Assembly (NCBI GenBank): GCA_965204345.1
Contig: OZ241981.1
Location: 1,920,001 to 1,984,000 of the forward strand
DNA from: Nitrosopumilus sp.
GTDB taxonomy: Archaea; Thermoproteota; Nitrososphaeria; Nitrososphaerales; Nitrosopumilaceae
Direction: 5' to 3'
Length of the DNA stretch: 64,000 bases
Shown: piece by piece, positions 38,820-48,826 of the stretch
How the letters are laid out: the number at the start of each line of letters is the position of its first letter
How positions within the stretch are numbered: position 1 is the first letter of the stretch
The notes under the pieces: model-generated
Told to the model about the DNA's origin: nothing
The model's database searches: none
Seen by the model: the letters and a program-made list of their open reading frames with translations, nothing else
Program-made: the position numbers and the translations under genes

Positions 38820-41290
38820 TTTCTCTTTTTCAGATATGCCGGCATTATACGTGCTGCTGCCGCTGCCACCCCCACTATTACTGCTGGAATGATCCAAATC
38901 CAATATTCTGGTTCATTTTCTGCAAATTCCATATTTTCGTATGTACCTGTGGGCATTTCCATCCTGTCTGCCGTTACCATAAAGCTTGATTCATAAAAAT
39001 CAGGTTTTGATACTTTTTCTGAAATTGCAAATATTTTGAGATTGTTTGCACCTATTCCTAACTCCCTTGTTTGCTCAGCAGGTATGTTAATCATGACATG
39101 ATCCTCTTTTACTTTAATCGTCTCTGATGATACCTTCTCTCCCTGGTTGTTTGTCAAAAAATACAGTATTGAATCTGAATTTTCAGCTTCAACTGTTATT
39201 ACAAGTTCCTTGTTTTGCTCTGCTGCATTTTTCATCTCTATGTTTTTTATTAACGGAAATTTGGGTTCTTCAAATTTTCCCCAACTGCCTTTTTTGAATG
39301 GATACGAGTCATCACCGTATGCTTTTGCCTTGATTGTTCTTGACTCTGGGGCATATGATTCTAAATAATATGGCCCATTACTTATCACCGCATGTTTTTT
39401 CTCCTCAATCCATTTTATTGACGAGTCATACCTTTTTTGATAATAGCTTGCGTCCTGACTGCCTTCTTTTAATGGCTCTGGTATGTAGTTTGTTTTTCTG
39501 AATTCCTGCAGATATTCTTTGATAATGTTTGCATCATTTGGAATTATCAGTGATAGCCAGCTGACATTTTTACTTGTGGCCCCTGACCTTGAAAATGATA
39601 CTTTGCCATCCATTACTGCTTTTTCCATGGCTGCCGTGATTTCCCATGGCATAGGGCTCCATATTGATGCCCACTCTGCTATCTCTCCCTCATCAAAGTG
39701 CCAATAATTTACATAGACTTCAATTGTTTCTTCGTCAATTTGGTTAACTCCTTTGATTGTCTGTATGCTTTGGGCTGCTCTGGGGGTGAATTCAGTATCA
39801 AACGTCTTGTCGTTTTCATCAACTTGGGTTCCCCACTCCATTGTAAAATAAAGTGAATGCAAAATATCATCCATATTCATTTTCTCTCCATTGTGCCAAT
39901 TGCTAAGTTTAAAATCAAATGTGACCTTGCTTGTTGCAACTGCATCCTTCTTTACTTTTTCCCATTTTTGCAATGCCGGATTCCATATTTTTGATTCTTG
40001 GTCTATTGGCACGCTTCCACTTGGCCCTTTGGTATCAACTTTCCATGTTGCCCTAACTGGAAATGTTTCTCCGGTAAACGGATGCTTAAATGTCGCAGGA
40101 TCTGAAATTATTCCCCAAATGTGCCTGCTATAGCTATCTGATAATCCCATTACTGGATTCCATGCCCCCTGATAGATCTGTTTGACTCCTATTGCAAATT
40201 CATCATGGTCCCCCTTTGCATTAATTGGCGTGAATCTGCTTGGAATCCCTGCCCCAAAATCATTTACTACTCCTGAAATATCCTCATTTACTATGTATTG
40301 ATCAACTCTGCTTGCCAAAAAAATTCTCACTGATTCATTTATTCCTTCCATGACTGCATCTTGAATTAACCCTGCCCTCTGCTGTTCTGTTTGAAAATCC
40401 CCCGTGTATATTTTCTGGGTTAACTCGTCTAATTTTTCATTTTGATAGTTCCAATATGACGGATCATTGAATCCTGGCATGTTTGAGAACCATGGCGAAT
40501 ACATGTGTCCTAATCCCGTTGAGTCATATTTTACAAATGCAGAACGATTCCATCCCTCTGTGTATAAACTCCATTTTAAATCTGAAGGATTTGAGCCGTA
40601 TACTACCACAAATGCCTTGTTTAGATCTCCGAATTCCTTTTTAACTGTAAATCCGATTTTCTCTAATTCGCCTGATAAAATCTCCCCGATGGACTTTCTT
40701 ACCGGATCATCACTTCTGATAAATATTGTAATTTCTATTGGCTTTCCATCCATTGCCCACTTGCTGTTTGTTTTTCTTGCCCCCTCTTCTTTTAGCTTCT
40801 CTGAGATGATTTTTTCTGCTAGTGTGGGATTGTATCTGAAATCAAATGTCTCTAACTGCTCAATTACTGTTAGATATTCTGGATCTGTTGACCCATAATA
40901 TGAAATGCTTGGAGACCCATAGCCTCCCATCAACTCATTTACAATTAGTTTTCTGTCTACCAAATAGTTTAACGCAAATCTGATGTCTCTGTTTGAAAAC
41001 GGATTGTATTCCTTGGCTTTTGCAGGATTTAGTAAAATACTGTAATATCCACCCGTGGAATCAAATACCTGCAATCCTTTTTCTGCATGGTTGTTTTCTA
41101 GTCTATCTGGCGAGATTGTAAAATAGTACGTGTCCAAATTGCCGTTTCTAACTTCCTCAAGCGCGGTATTTTCATCTAGATACTGTATGAATTTCACTGA
41201 ATCAAAATATGTGTTTTTTTCTGCAAATGATTCGTTTTGTGTTATTGCTATTATTGAAACAGCTAGTATTGCAACTAGCATTTTTTTCAT
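38804..41290 (-). CDS. ABC transporter substrate-binding protein, family 5 (peptide/nickel), C-terminally anchored
   Basis: NPFSNRDIRFALNYLVDR, WHNGEKM..DDI, SNGPYYL, C-terminal TM helix. Confidence 0.88.
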   Translation of the reverse strand: MKKMLVAILAVSIIAITQNESFAEKNTYFDSVKFIQYLDENTALEEVRNGNLDTYYFTISPDRLENNHAEKGLQVFDSTGGYYSILLNPAKAKEYNPFSNRDIRFALNYLVDRKLIVNELMGGYGSPSISYYGSTDPEYLTVIEQLETFDFRYNPTLAEKIISEKLKEEGARKTNSKWAMDGKPIEITIFIRSDDPVRKSIGEILSGELEKIGFTVKKEFGDLNKAFVVVYGSNPSDLKWSLYTEGWNRSAFVKYDSTGLGHMYSPWFSNMPGFNDPSYWNYQNEKLDELTQKIYTGDFQTEQQRAGLIQDAVMEGINESVRIFLASRVDQYIVNEDISGVVNDFGAGIPSRFTPINAKGDHDEFAIGVKQIYQGAWNPVMGLSDSYSRHIWGIISDPATFKHPFTGETFPVRATWKVDTKGPSGSVPIDQESKIWNPALQKWEKVKKDAVATSKVTFDFKLSNWHNGEKMNMDDILHSLYFTMEWGTQVDENDKTFDTEFTPRAAQSIQTIKGVNQIDEETIEVYVNYWHFDEGEIAEWASIWSPMPWEITAAMEKAVMDGKVSFSRSGATSKNVSWLSLIIPNDANIIKEYLQEFRKTNYIPEPLKEGSQDASYYQKRYDSSIKWIEEKKHAVISNGPYYLESYAPESRTIKAKAYGDDSYPFKKGSWGKFEEPKFPLIKNIEMKNAAEQNKELVITVEAENSDSILYFLTNNQGEKVSSETIKVKEDHVMINIPAEQTRELGIGANNLKIFAISEKVSKPDFYESSFMVTADRMEMPTGTYENMEFAENEPEYWIWIIPAVIVGVAAAAARIMPAYLKKRNQPNP

Positions 41291-41370
41291 AACCTTGTTT
41301 GCTAGGACATATAATAAAACCTATATCGTAATAACCTGCTCTTTTATCTCCCAAAACCTATATTTCTAAC

Positions 41371-42015
41371 ATGACTGAAAAATCACGATTGAAAATTCAT
41401 CCAAAAATGATTACTGGACTGCAAGGAATCATTGTAGGTGGCGTCTCCATGCAGGATTTTTGTGCTGTCACCAAAATAAATCCTCAAGATTCCAAGATTA
41501 TTTTAGAAGAATTTATCAGAAACGATATTGGAACAAAAAAAGACGATTTCTATTACTTTGAGGACGGAGATAAACTAAAGATTGCCGTTCTTTTACTTGA
41601 AAACGGACTTGCTTTGGACGAAATTTCAGTTGCCCTTGGTTGGAGGGATTTTGAAGGCCTGACTGCTGAAATCTTGCTTTCAAAAAATTTTGCTGTAATC
41701 AAAAACATGATGCTAACCAAACCCCGTATGGAAATTGATGTCGTTGGTATTAGGCTGGGCATTGCCATGCTGATAGACTGCAAGCATTGGAAACGCTATG
41801 GTGCTTCTGCACTAAATACTGCAGTACAAAAACAAATCAAGCGTACTAAACGGTATGTTGAAAAAACCCCTGGGGCCATTGCAGTACCTGTCATTGTTAC
41901 GCTGTATCAGGATAAAATCAATTTCATAGAAAACGTTCCTATTGTGCCTATTTTTCAATTTTCTTCATTTGTGGATGAATTTTATGGCAATATTGATCAA
42001 ATGAACACTATATGA
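41371..42015 (+). CDS. Restriction endonuclease-like (Mrr-cat, PD-(D/E)XK) protein
   Basis: WRDFEGL..EIDVVG..LIDCKHW. Confidence 0.75.
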   Translation: MTEKSRLKIHPKMITGLQGIIVGGVSMQDFCAVTKINPQDSKIILEEFIRNDIGTKKDDFYYFEDGDKLKIAVLLLENGLALDEISVALGWRDFEGLTAEILLSKNFAVIKNMMLTKPRMEIDVVGIRLGIAMLIDCKHWKRYGASALNTAVQKQIKRTKRYVEKTPGAIAVPVIVTLYQDKINFIENVPIVPIFQFSSFVDEFYGNIDQMNTI

Positions 42016-43756
42016 AAAGACTGGTTATGAATAATAAAACGCCCCCAATGACAAATCCCTTGGTGATCTTTAGCGAATTATCCAGTGCTTTAGAATAGTC
42101 TTTGTAGATGTTTTGACCCATGACTTTGACCTTTGTTTCATTTTCTAAAATCTCAAATTTCGCAGGCGCCGTATTGACTTCGGCTGTTTTTGCAATTTTG
42201 AAGAACCATTTTGAGAGCTTATCTGCGCTTGTAATTAGCCCTAATTGATAGTACCCATTTCTGTTTCTTGCTTTAACCGGAGCATAATGCGTGTCTGATG
42301 TACATATCTCAAGCAGATTGTAATCCCTCTTTGCAAAAATATCTATGATTTTTTCTCTTACTCCATTTTCCATATTGTTTGCATCTGCCCATCCTAGAAA
42401 ATATTTTTTGCTATTAATTTTTAGACACGTGATTCCCAATCCTCCCATTCCCAAATCCTCTGCCCAAACATCCATGTCGTCTGTATTTGCATATCCAAAT
42501 TCTATTGGAAAATTATTTTTTGTAATCAATGTATCCAGACATGATTTTGCAGCCTTTAGCATATCTTCCCCGTCTTCCTTTGATATTTCCTCCCCCATTG
42601 CATTGTGACAGTCAACTGCCAGTATTCTTGTATAGTTTCTGTTCTTAGAATACTGTTCAATCTCTGTCTTCATATAAGTTGGAATATCCTCCATTCCGTG
42701 TGGCGACAGTGATAAAAACAGCAATGGGTTGTTCCCAAAACGAATCCCCGTGACTCTTGCTTTGTTTATTTGAACCGTAACCGGCTCTGAGCACTGCATT
42801 CCTTCCTCCTTGACTGTACTGTTTTCCATATTTTTCAAGTAATTTTCAACTTCATTTCTTGATGGAAGGTTTAGCGCATGGTCTGAAATGCTATGCATTA
42901 CCATTGCAGATGATGACAGGTTTTTGTAAATTAGGTATGGTATGTTGCTGCCCCCTACCGGGTGGTATGGACCTGGATGTATCTCTGGCAGCACCATTCT
43001 GAATTCTTTGTCTCCTGCATGATCTGAGAATTTTATTTGAGACGTAGTAACTTTGGTTTCTGAGGATTGCTTTTCCATCAGCTCTTCGGCATCTGCAAAA
43101 TCGTTTCCCTGTGATGCAAGATATGCTTGAATGGTCTTGTGAGTACTTTCCATCTCCGGCCTGCCTGCCCTGTCTGTCATTATTGACCATATGTTTGCAA
43201 TTATCAAAAATACAATGCCGTATGCTAATCCTACTGGTTCATTTAGTATTTCAAACCATATGCTTTGTGGGATTAACACTGCAAACATTGCCAACGGCTG
43301 AATAAATGCAATTGCCCAAGCTTTTTTGAGGCTAATCCCCAATGTTGTTGTGTATATTCCAATTCTAAAACTTGCAAAAAGCATCATTCCAAAAACTATG
43401 AAAAATAGTTGTACCTCCTTGGATAAAACCAGACTTGCAAGCAGTCCCATCAGAATTGTTACTACCCATAGCATGCTACCAAAAAATGACGAATGCAGTG
43501 ATTTTGAATATTCCTTCTTCTTTGTAAATTTTGTATCCAATACCTGTGTTAGTGCCAAAACCCCTAGGACTATTGGTAATCTGTACCATACTTCATCTGT
43601 ATATGTTTCTCCAAGATATCCAAAATATGTTGCAAGTGTAATTACTGCTCCTACTCCTAGTGAGGCTGCTAATGAAAAATAATGTGACCCTGGGTTGATC
43701 AGCGTAAGTGAAAATCTATTGTGTATGTTTGAAACATCGTCTGGATCTTTTTCCAT
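42008..43756 (-). CDS. DUF2070 family membrane protein
   Basis: N-terminal TMs; IHPGPY..GGS, VDCHN, ADANN, CTSDTH; adjacent to Sec61beta. Confidence 0.85.
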   Translation of the reverse strand: MEKDPDDVSNIHNRFSLTLINPGSHYFSLAASLGVGAVITLATYFGYLGETYTDEVWYRLPIVLGVLALTQVLDTKFTKKKEYSKSLHSSFFGSMLWVVTILMGLLASLVLSKEVQLFFIVFGMMLFASFRIGIYTTTLGISLKKAWAIAFIQPLAMFAVLIPQSIWFEILNEPVGLAYGIVFLIIANIWSIMTDRAGRPEMESTHKTIQAYLASQGNDFADAEELMEKQSSETKVTTSQIKFSDHAGDKEFRMVLPEIHPGPYHPVGGSNIPYLIYKNLSSSAMVMHSISDHALNLPSRNEVENYLKNMENSTVKEEGMQCSEPVTVQINKARVTGIRFGNNPLLFLSLSPHGMEDIPTYMKTEIEQYSKNRNYTRILAVDCHNAMGEEISKEDGEDMLKAAKSCLDTLITKNNFPIEFGYANTDDMDVWAEDLGMGGLGITCLKINSKKYFLGWADANNMENGVREKIIDIFAKRDYNLLEICTSDTHYAPVKARNRNGYYQLGLITSADKLSKWFFKIAKTAEVNTAPAKFEILENETKVKVMGQNIYKDYSKALDNSLKITKGFVIGGVLLFITSLFI

Positions 43757-43763
43757 TGTTTCT

Positions 43764-43928
43764 TCACGGAGCTAAAAATGCATCAATTATCCATGAAATT
43801 ACGATTAAACTAATTGGAATGGATACTACGATTTTTGGGTCGATCTTGAATCCTTTTGTCTCATCTTCAAAGAATCGCATGAGACCCCCACTTGATGCTG
43901 GAAGTGGTGCTGATTTCTTATCTGCCAT
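43764..43928 (-). CDS. secG: Preprotein translocase subunit Sec61beta (not in ORF track)
   Basis: MADKKSAPLPASSGGLMRFFEDETKGFKIDPKIVVSIPISLIVISWIIDAFLAP; GLMRFFE-x-KIDP signature plus TM helix. Confidence 0.92.
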   Translation of the reverse strand: MADKKSAPLPASSGGLMRFFEDETKGFKIDPKIVVSIPISLIVISWIIDAFLAP

Positions 43929-44134
43929 TACAATTCGTCGTTGCGGATTTTAACATAAAAACTTTATTCTGTGTCCAAAATATGACCCTAAACCCAGATT
44001 TTATCAGAATCGTGGTGGGATTCAGGTGATCACAAGTCAGTCTATGACAGGAACTGACAACTCAAATTTTTCCCTTACTGAGCATCTGGCCCAATTCTGT
44101 TTATTCTGATATTTGAACCGATTCGGTAGATGGG

Positions 44135-44148
44135 GTGTGTGTGTGTGT
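44135..44148. repeat. (GT)7 microsatellite
   Basis: gtgtgtgtgtgtgt. Confidence 0.85.
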
Positions 44149-44196
44149 AGATACAGTCCTTCAAAGATAATACTGATATGCGAGACGATCTGTGGG

Positions 44197-44355
44197 CGGT
44201 TCTGGTAAATTTTGGCGCTTCATGCCACAAATCACAGATTTGGAAAGTCTGAACTGCACTGGGATTTTTTGATGACTAGATAGTTTAAGAAAATCATCTC
44301 TTGGCAATTTACTGTTAAATTTCAGTGAACAGATCATCAGAATTTATCAGAACCG
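44197..44355 (+). mobile_element. Family A element, full-length (159 bp), MITE-like
   Basis: Terminal inverted repeats CGGTTCTGGTAAATTTTG ... CAGAATTTATCAGAACCG; non-coding; multi-copy. Confidence 0.8.
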
Positions 44356-44492
44356 AACCACGTATGCGTATGTCAGTGATCCGACTGTGACAAAAAGCAT
44401 GTCTGTGCCAGTCACTGCAGCCCTTTTGACAAATTGTTGTTTTGACATGGACTCGTGCGAGTTTCGGAAAATTATTCCTCATCAGCGTGCCT

Positions 44493-44780
44493 TTCTAGTT
44501 GAGTTATATTGGTAGAATGATGTGATGTAGTGAGGGCTAAGGGTATACTGTCATCATATTGATGTTCAGAATGAGTGGATCTTACATGGCCCTCACTATC
44601 CAGTATCTGGCTGTCTTGAAAAATTGCGCATGGTCTGAGTTTCAGGAATCAACCCTGTATTCCCAGATGCCTTCTAGTTGAGTTATATTGGTAGAATGAT
44701 GTGATGTAGTGAGGGCTAAGGGTATACTGTCATCATATTGATGTTCAGATCAACGCCGACTCATCATGCCCTCACTATCC
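44493..44780. ncRNA. Two tandem hairpin-RNA-like units with identical scaffold and a variable 18-nt insert
   Basis: 78 bp identical (44493-44570 = 44672-44749) + 18 variable nt + 13 bp identical (GCCCTCACTATCC) that pairs with TAGTGAGGGC; TTATAT box within the repeat. Confidence 0.6.
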
Positions 44781-45208
44781 TATATTCTAATTCCGAATCT
44801 CTTGGAAGGTGCAAAGTATTGGATTTTGAAAAAGGCTGTTGCAGAAAATGGTTTTGGGTTTTGGAGATTTGATTTTCAAAGACTTGGTTTTGTTTTTTTG
44901 ATTTTGTTTTTTGGTTTTTGAAGATTTAATTTTTGGAAATTGCACAATTTTGATGTCATGTAATTACGCGATAGTTGAAATGGATGTCGTGTGATTGTGT
45001 GATATTTTGGATGATTTTTGTGTAAATTGCCTGCTTTGTGTTTGGAACTAAAGTTAGGGATTTTTCCTTATCTGTGCTAAAAGTTGTGTTTTTTGGGTTT
45101 GTTTAATATCTGATACAACTTTTGTACCAAGGGCGTTTTGTTAACCCCCTTTTTGCAGTGGTTTTTTGATACCATTAGACTGCGATAGTTGCAATGGATA
45201 TCGCGTAA

Positions 45209-45363
45209 TGGTTCAGGCAAATTCTGATGAACTGATCACTGGAATTTAACAGTAAATCGCATAGATGATTTTCTTAAACTATCCAGTCATCAAAAAATCC
45301 CAAAAAAGTGCGGTTCAGAGATTGCACTGATTTACGGCACAGGCCACCAATTTACCATAGCCA
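45209..45363 (-). mobile_element. Family A element, full-length, inverted
   Basis: TGGTTCAGGCAAATTCTGATG ... GATGATTTTCTTAAACTATC..GTCATCAAAAAATCCCA ... AATTTACCATAGCCA. Confidence 0.8.
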
Positions 45364-45443
45364 TCACTAGATTAAAAGCCAGGTTTGATATATTATGCCC
45401 AAAATTATGAATCTGGGGTTAAATCTCAGATGGAGAACAAATC

Positions 45444-45773
45444 TTATTGTTTGTCTTGAATTTTACCCATTGTTTCTAGTATGGCGTTGATGGTTTTTAG
45501 AATTTCTTGTTGTCTGTCATGATTAGTCTCATGTTCTAATTCTTTTGACAAGCTCTCTATCTTTTTTTCCAGGCTCTCTTTTATGGGATTTTTACTCTCA
45601 CTTGTCGATTCTTTGGGAATATCTTTTTTCTCAGGTGTCCGTCCACAACTGATGCACAATGCCTGGCCCTTGCTTATGACCCTGACTCCCTTGCAGTATG
45701 GGCATGGTTCACTGAGTAATGTTGCCCCCTTTAGCAGCATATCTGCTGCTTTCTTTGTCAGATCCTCTGCCAT
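45444..45773 (-). CDS. UPF0148/autoantigen p27 (SSSCA1-like) zinc-ribbon protein
   Basis: MLLKGATLLSEPCPYC...CISC with a coiled-coil C-terminus. Confidence 0.85.
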   Translation of the reverse strand: MAEDLTKKAADMLLKGATLLSEPCPYCKGVRVISKGQALCISCGRTPEKKDIPKESTSESKNPIKESLEKKIESLSKELEHETNHDRQQEILKTINAILETMGKIQDKQ

Positions 45774-45877
45774 TCTTTTTATCTAATTTTCTATCTAAAA
45801 AACACACTTGTTTTTCATTTTTTGCTAATATTCAAACAAGGCTTAATAGTGTGGATGATTGAATTGATCTTGAACGA

Positions 45878-46186
45878 ATGGCGATAATTTGTAATACTTG
45901 TGGTCTTCCAGAAGATTTGTGTGCTTGTGGTGAGCTTGCCAAAGATAGCATTAAAATCATTATCAGATTGGAAACTAGGCGATTTAAGAAAAAAGGCACC
46001 ATGATTGAAGGATTAGATCCTAAATTAAATAATTTAGAGACTGTTGCAAAAGAACTCAAAAACAAGTATGCCTGTGGCGGTACTGCCAAAGAGGGCTATA
46101 TCTTTTTACAAGGTGATCATAGAGATACCATCAAAGACACCTTGATTAACTTGGGCTTTGCTGAGGATACTATAGAATTACACTAA
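45878..46186 (+). CDS. Translation initiation factor aIF1 (SUI1)
   Basis: CNTCGLPEDLCAC, ELKNKYACGGT, LQGDHR. Confidence 0.95.
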   Translation: MAIICNTCGLPEDLCACGELAKDSIKIIIRLETRRFKKKGTMIEGLDPKLNNLETVAKELKNKYACGGTAKEGYIFLQGDHRDTIKDTLINLGFAEDTIELH

Positions 46187-46192
46187 AACGAA

Positions 46193-47170
46193 TTGCAAAA
46201 TTCAATTAAGATATTACAATTCCTTGGAATTCCTTTCACTGCCTTACTTTCTGTAATTTTTGGTTTACTTCTTGTATCTTTCCCAATAGGCATCTATGTT
46301 GTTTTTGAGACTGATATTGGGGATGACATTAATTACGAATACCCTGTAACTCACCTTGATTTTTTTAGTGACACTGATCTTTACCAGTCCCCTGTTGATG
46401 TTAGTATTGGTGATGTCTTTGTTGTTTTGTGGGCTTTCTATCTTGTTTTGTTTGTGATTGCAATTTTTGGACCAAAACATAGTTTCTTAAAAACCATCTC
46501 TCCGATAATCTCTTTTGGCAAATATGATACACGTGTTAATTATTTAGTCGGGGTAACAAAATGGTTTTCAATCCTAATTCTGATTTCTGCGCTAATTAAT
46601 TATGTTCAGGAAGGATTTGGCGTTTCCATAGTTGCTCCCGTTGTGGAAAATGACCTGATTCAATTCTTCTATGTAAGTCTTGCACCTCTGATTGAGGAAT
46701 TTACGTTTCGCTTTGTCTTAATTGGAATCCCCCTGTTTGCTTTGTATTCCCAAAAATCCTCCATAACCTATTTTCTGAGATGTCTGTGGAATCCTGCAGT
46801 CTTGGGAATTCTTGATGAAAAAAAGGCAATTGTCTTAGTTCTAACTGTGGGCCTTCTTTTTGGATTTGCCCACGTTGCCTTTGGTGAATCCTGGAGCGGT
46901 GGAAAGATTACACAGGCTGCTGCCAGTGGAATTATTTTGGGATGGGTCTATCTAAAATATGGCTTTATTGCATCTTTGCTGATTCATTGGGCTACTAACT
47001 ACTTTGTATTCTCTTATGCCAATTTCATCTCTCAGTTAAATTCCATTTCTATTGAGGATGCATTCTCACACTCTTTGATGTCCTCATTGGAAATCCTGTT
47101 TTTATTGTCTGGGGTTTTATCAATTTCCGTCTTGATAATTCATAGATTTTCCTCTACAAAGGAAGCCTGA
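46193..47170 (+). CDS. CPBP/CAAX (Abi) intramembrane metalloprotease
   Basis: APLIEEFTFR, FGFAH, HWATN motifs. Confidence 0.88.
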   Translation: MQNSIKILQFLGIPFTALLSVIFGLLLVSFPIGIYVVFETDIGDDINYEYPVTHLDFFSDTDLYQSPVDVSIGDVFVVLWAFYLVLFVIAIFGPKHSFLKTISPIISFGKYDTRVNYLVGVTKWFSILILISALINYVQEGFGVSIVAPVVENDLIQFFYVSLAPLIEEFTFRFVLIGIPLFALYSQKSSITYFLRCLWNPAVLGILDEKKAIVLVLTVGLLFGFAHVAFGESWSGGKITQAAASGIILGWVYLKYGFIASLLIHWATNYFVFSYANFISQLNSISIEDAFSHSLMSSLEILFLLSGVLSISVLIIHRFSSTKEA

Positions 47171-47171
47171 T

Positions 47172-48080
47172 TTAGAGCTTTAGTGCTGCCTTTAATCCCT
47201 TGTATCTGTTTCTAATTGTAACCTCTGTCACTCCTGCTGCTTCTGCGACATCTCTTTGAGTTTTATTCTCGCCATTTGTCACACATGCTACATAAAGTGC
47301 AGCGGCAGCCAATCCCATGGGATCTTTGCCTGCTGAAATTTTTTGCTCTTCGGCTGTTTGTAAAATTTTCGTTGCTTTTCTTTTCGTTTTTTCAGAGAGG
47401 CTTGCCTTACTTGCAATTCTGGAAATACATTTTACAGGATCTACTACTGGCATCTTTAAATTTAGTTCTCTTAACAATAAACGGTAACACCTTGCAATGT
47501 CCTTTCGTTTTATGTTGCTTGCTTGCCCTATGTCCTTTAACGTTCTTGGAGTTTCAGTGTCTCTACATGCGGCATACAATGCAGACGCTATTAATGCCGA
47601 AATTGAACGCCCCCTGACCAATCCCTTCTCTAGTGCTTTTCTGTAAATATAAGCTGCTTTTTCAATAACTGAATCCCTTACTGCAAGCTTGTCTTTTAAC
47701 CTGTCTAGCTCACTGAATGCCTGTCTGAAATTTCTATCTACTGGCTCGTGAACCTGGCTTCTGCTATCCCAGGTTCTCAATCTTTCAATGGTGCTTTTCA
47801 TTGCAGCTGTAAGTGGTTTTCCTGTTGCATCCCTATTTTGCGGGTTGATTACTGTGGCCAATCCCATATCGTGCATGGCAAGTGAAGTTGGAACTCCTGC
47901 CCTGCTTTTGTTTTCACCCTCGTTTGAAAATGATCTCCATTCCGGACCTGATTCCTCAACTTTATCTGTAATCACAAAACCACATTTGCTACAAAAGTTC
48001 TCCCCCGTATTGGCATCTGTTACTAGTGTCCCCTTTCCACATCTTGGACATTTGTCTTTTGAATTGCTTGTTTTAACCAT
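47172..48080 (-). CDS. tfb: Transcription initiation factor IIB
   Basis: CPRC..CSKCG Zn ribbon, GPEWRSF, cyclin repeats (GRSI, GKDPMG, GVTEVTIRNRY). Confidence 0.97.
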   Translation of the reverse strand: MVKTSNSKDKCPRCGKGTLVTDANTGENFCSKCGFVITDKVEESGPEWRSFSNEGENKSRAGVPTSLAMHDMGLATVINPQNRDATGKPLTAAMKSTIERLRTWDSRSQVHEPVDRNFRQAFSELDRLKDKLAVRDSVIEKAAYIYRKALEKGLVRGRSISALIASALYAACRDTETPRTLKDIGQASNIKRKDIARCYRLLLRELNLKMPVVDPVKCISRIASKASLSEKTKRKATKILQTAEEQKISAGKDPMGLAAAALYVACVTNGENKTQRDVAEAAGVTEVTIRNRYKGLKAALKL

Positions 48081-48192
48081 TTTTTCTCTCAAAACCCTTT
48101 ATGATGATATTTAAGATTTTCTAAATAATAATATATAAGTTTATTGGTGATCCCTGCCTAAAATTATGATTCCTTTGCGTTTTTAATCGATG

Positions 48193-48825
48193 CTACTCTA
48201 GTATCTCTTTGATCTTTTTTACAATTCCTGGTTTTTCATTTTGCTCTAATAGAAATTTTAAATCCTCAGTATTATCTACATCCCACATTATTCTTTTTAT
48301 AAAAACCATCGCAACATTTAGTGTGTGTTCTTTAGCTGTGTTCATGTGGATTTTGTAGCTGTCCTCATCATAATGTGTCTCCATCAAGTCTACTGGCATT
48401 CTGGCTAGTGCATTAGTTCCATCAAACCTTCTAGATGGCACAATGATTGCAAAATTTGGATGAGTTTTATAATTTAGCATAAAATCAATATCCTGTGTTT
48501 TGATAAACGGTATGTCCTGTGGAAATATGATTGATGCATGAAAATCATTTTCTAAAAGGTACTTGTCTGCCAATGCCACTGCACCATTTACACTCTCTTC
48601 TTTTTCGTCAATGATTGTAACTGTCTTGTATTTTTTTCCAATTTCAATTGCCTCTTCCTCCTTTGTTACCATGATTATTTTTTCAATTTGAGGCGATATT
48701 GATAATATGTGAAGAATTTCTTCTAACATGACCTTGCACAAGTTCTCTATTTGCTGTGGAGATAAATCTAAACGGGTTTTTGCCTTAGAGAAAGTCTTTA
48801 CGGGGACTATTGCTGCAATTTTCAA
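48193..48825 (-). CDS. cofC: 2-phospho-L-lactate (PEP) guanylyltransferase
   Basis: IVPVK...AKTRL, QDIP, GTNAL, DVD; adjacent to cofD. Confidence 0.92.
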   Translation of the reverse strand: MKIAAIVPVKTFSKAKTRLDLSPQQIENLCKVMLEEILHILSISPQIEKIIMVTKEEEAIEIGKKYKTVTIIDEKEESVNGAVALADKYLLENDFHASIIFPQDIPFIKTQDIDFMLNYKTHPNFAIIVPSRRFDGTNALARMPVDLMETHYDEDSYKIHMNTAKEHTLNVAMVFIKRIMWDVDNTEDLKFLLEQNEKPGIVKKIKEILE

Positions 48826-48826
48826 A

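Noticed and set aside
41371-42015. Restriction-modification system
   Set aside because: A solitary nuclease-fold gene among housekeeping genes with no DNA methyltransferase; the 54098 methyltransferase lacks DNA-MTase motifs
43960-45430. Replication origin in the long intergenic region
   Set aside because: No cdc6/orc1 nearby, no recognisable ORB boxes and no visible switch in strand compositional bias
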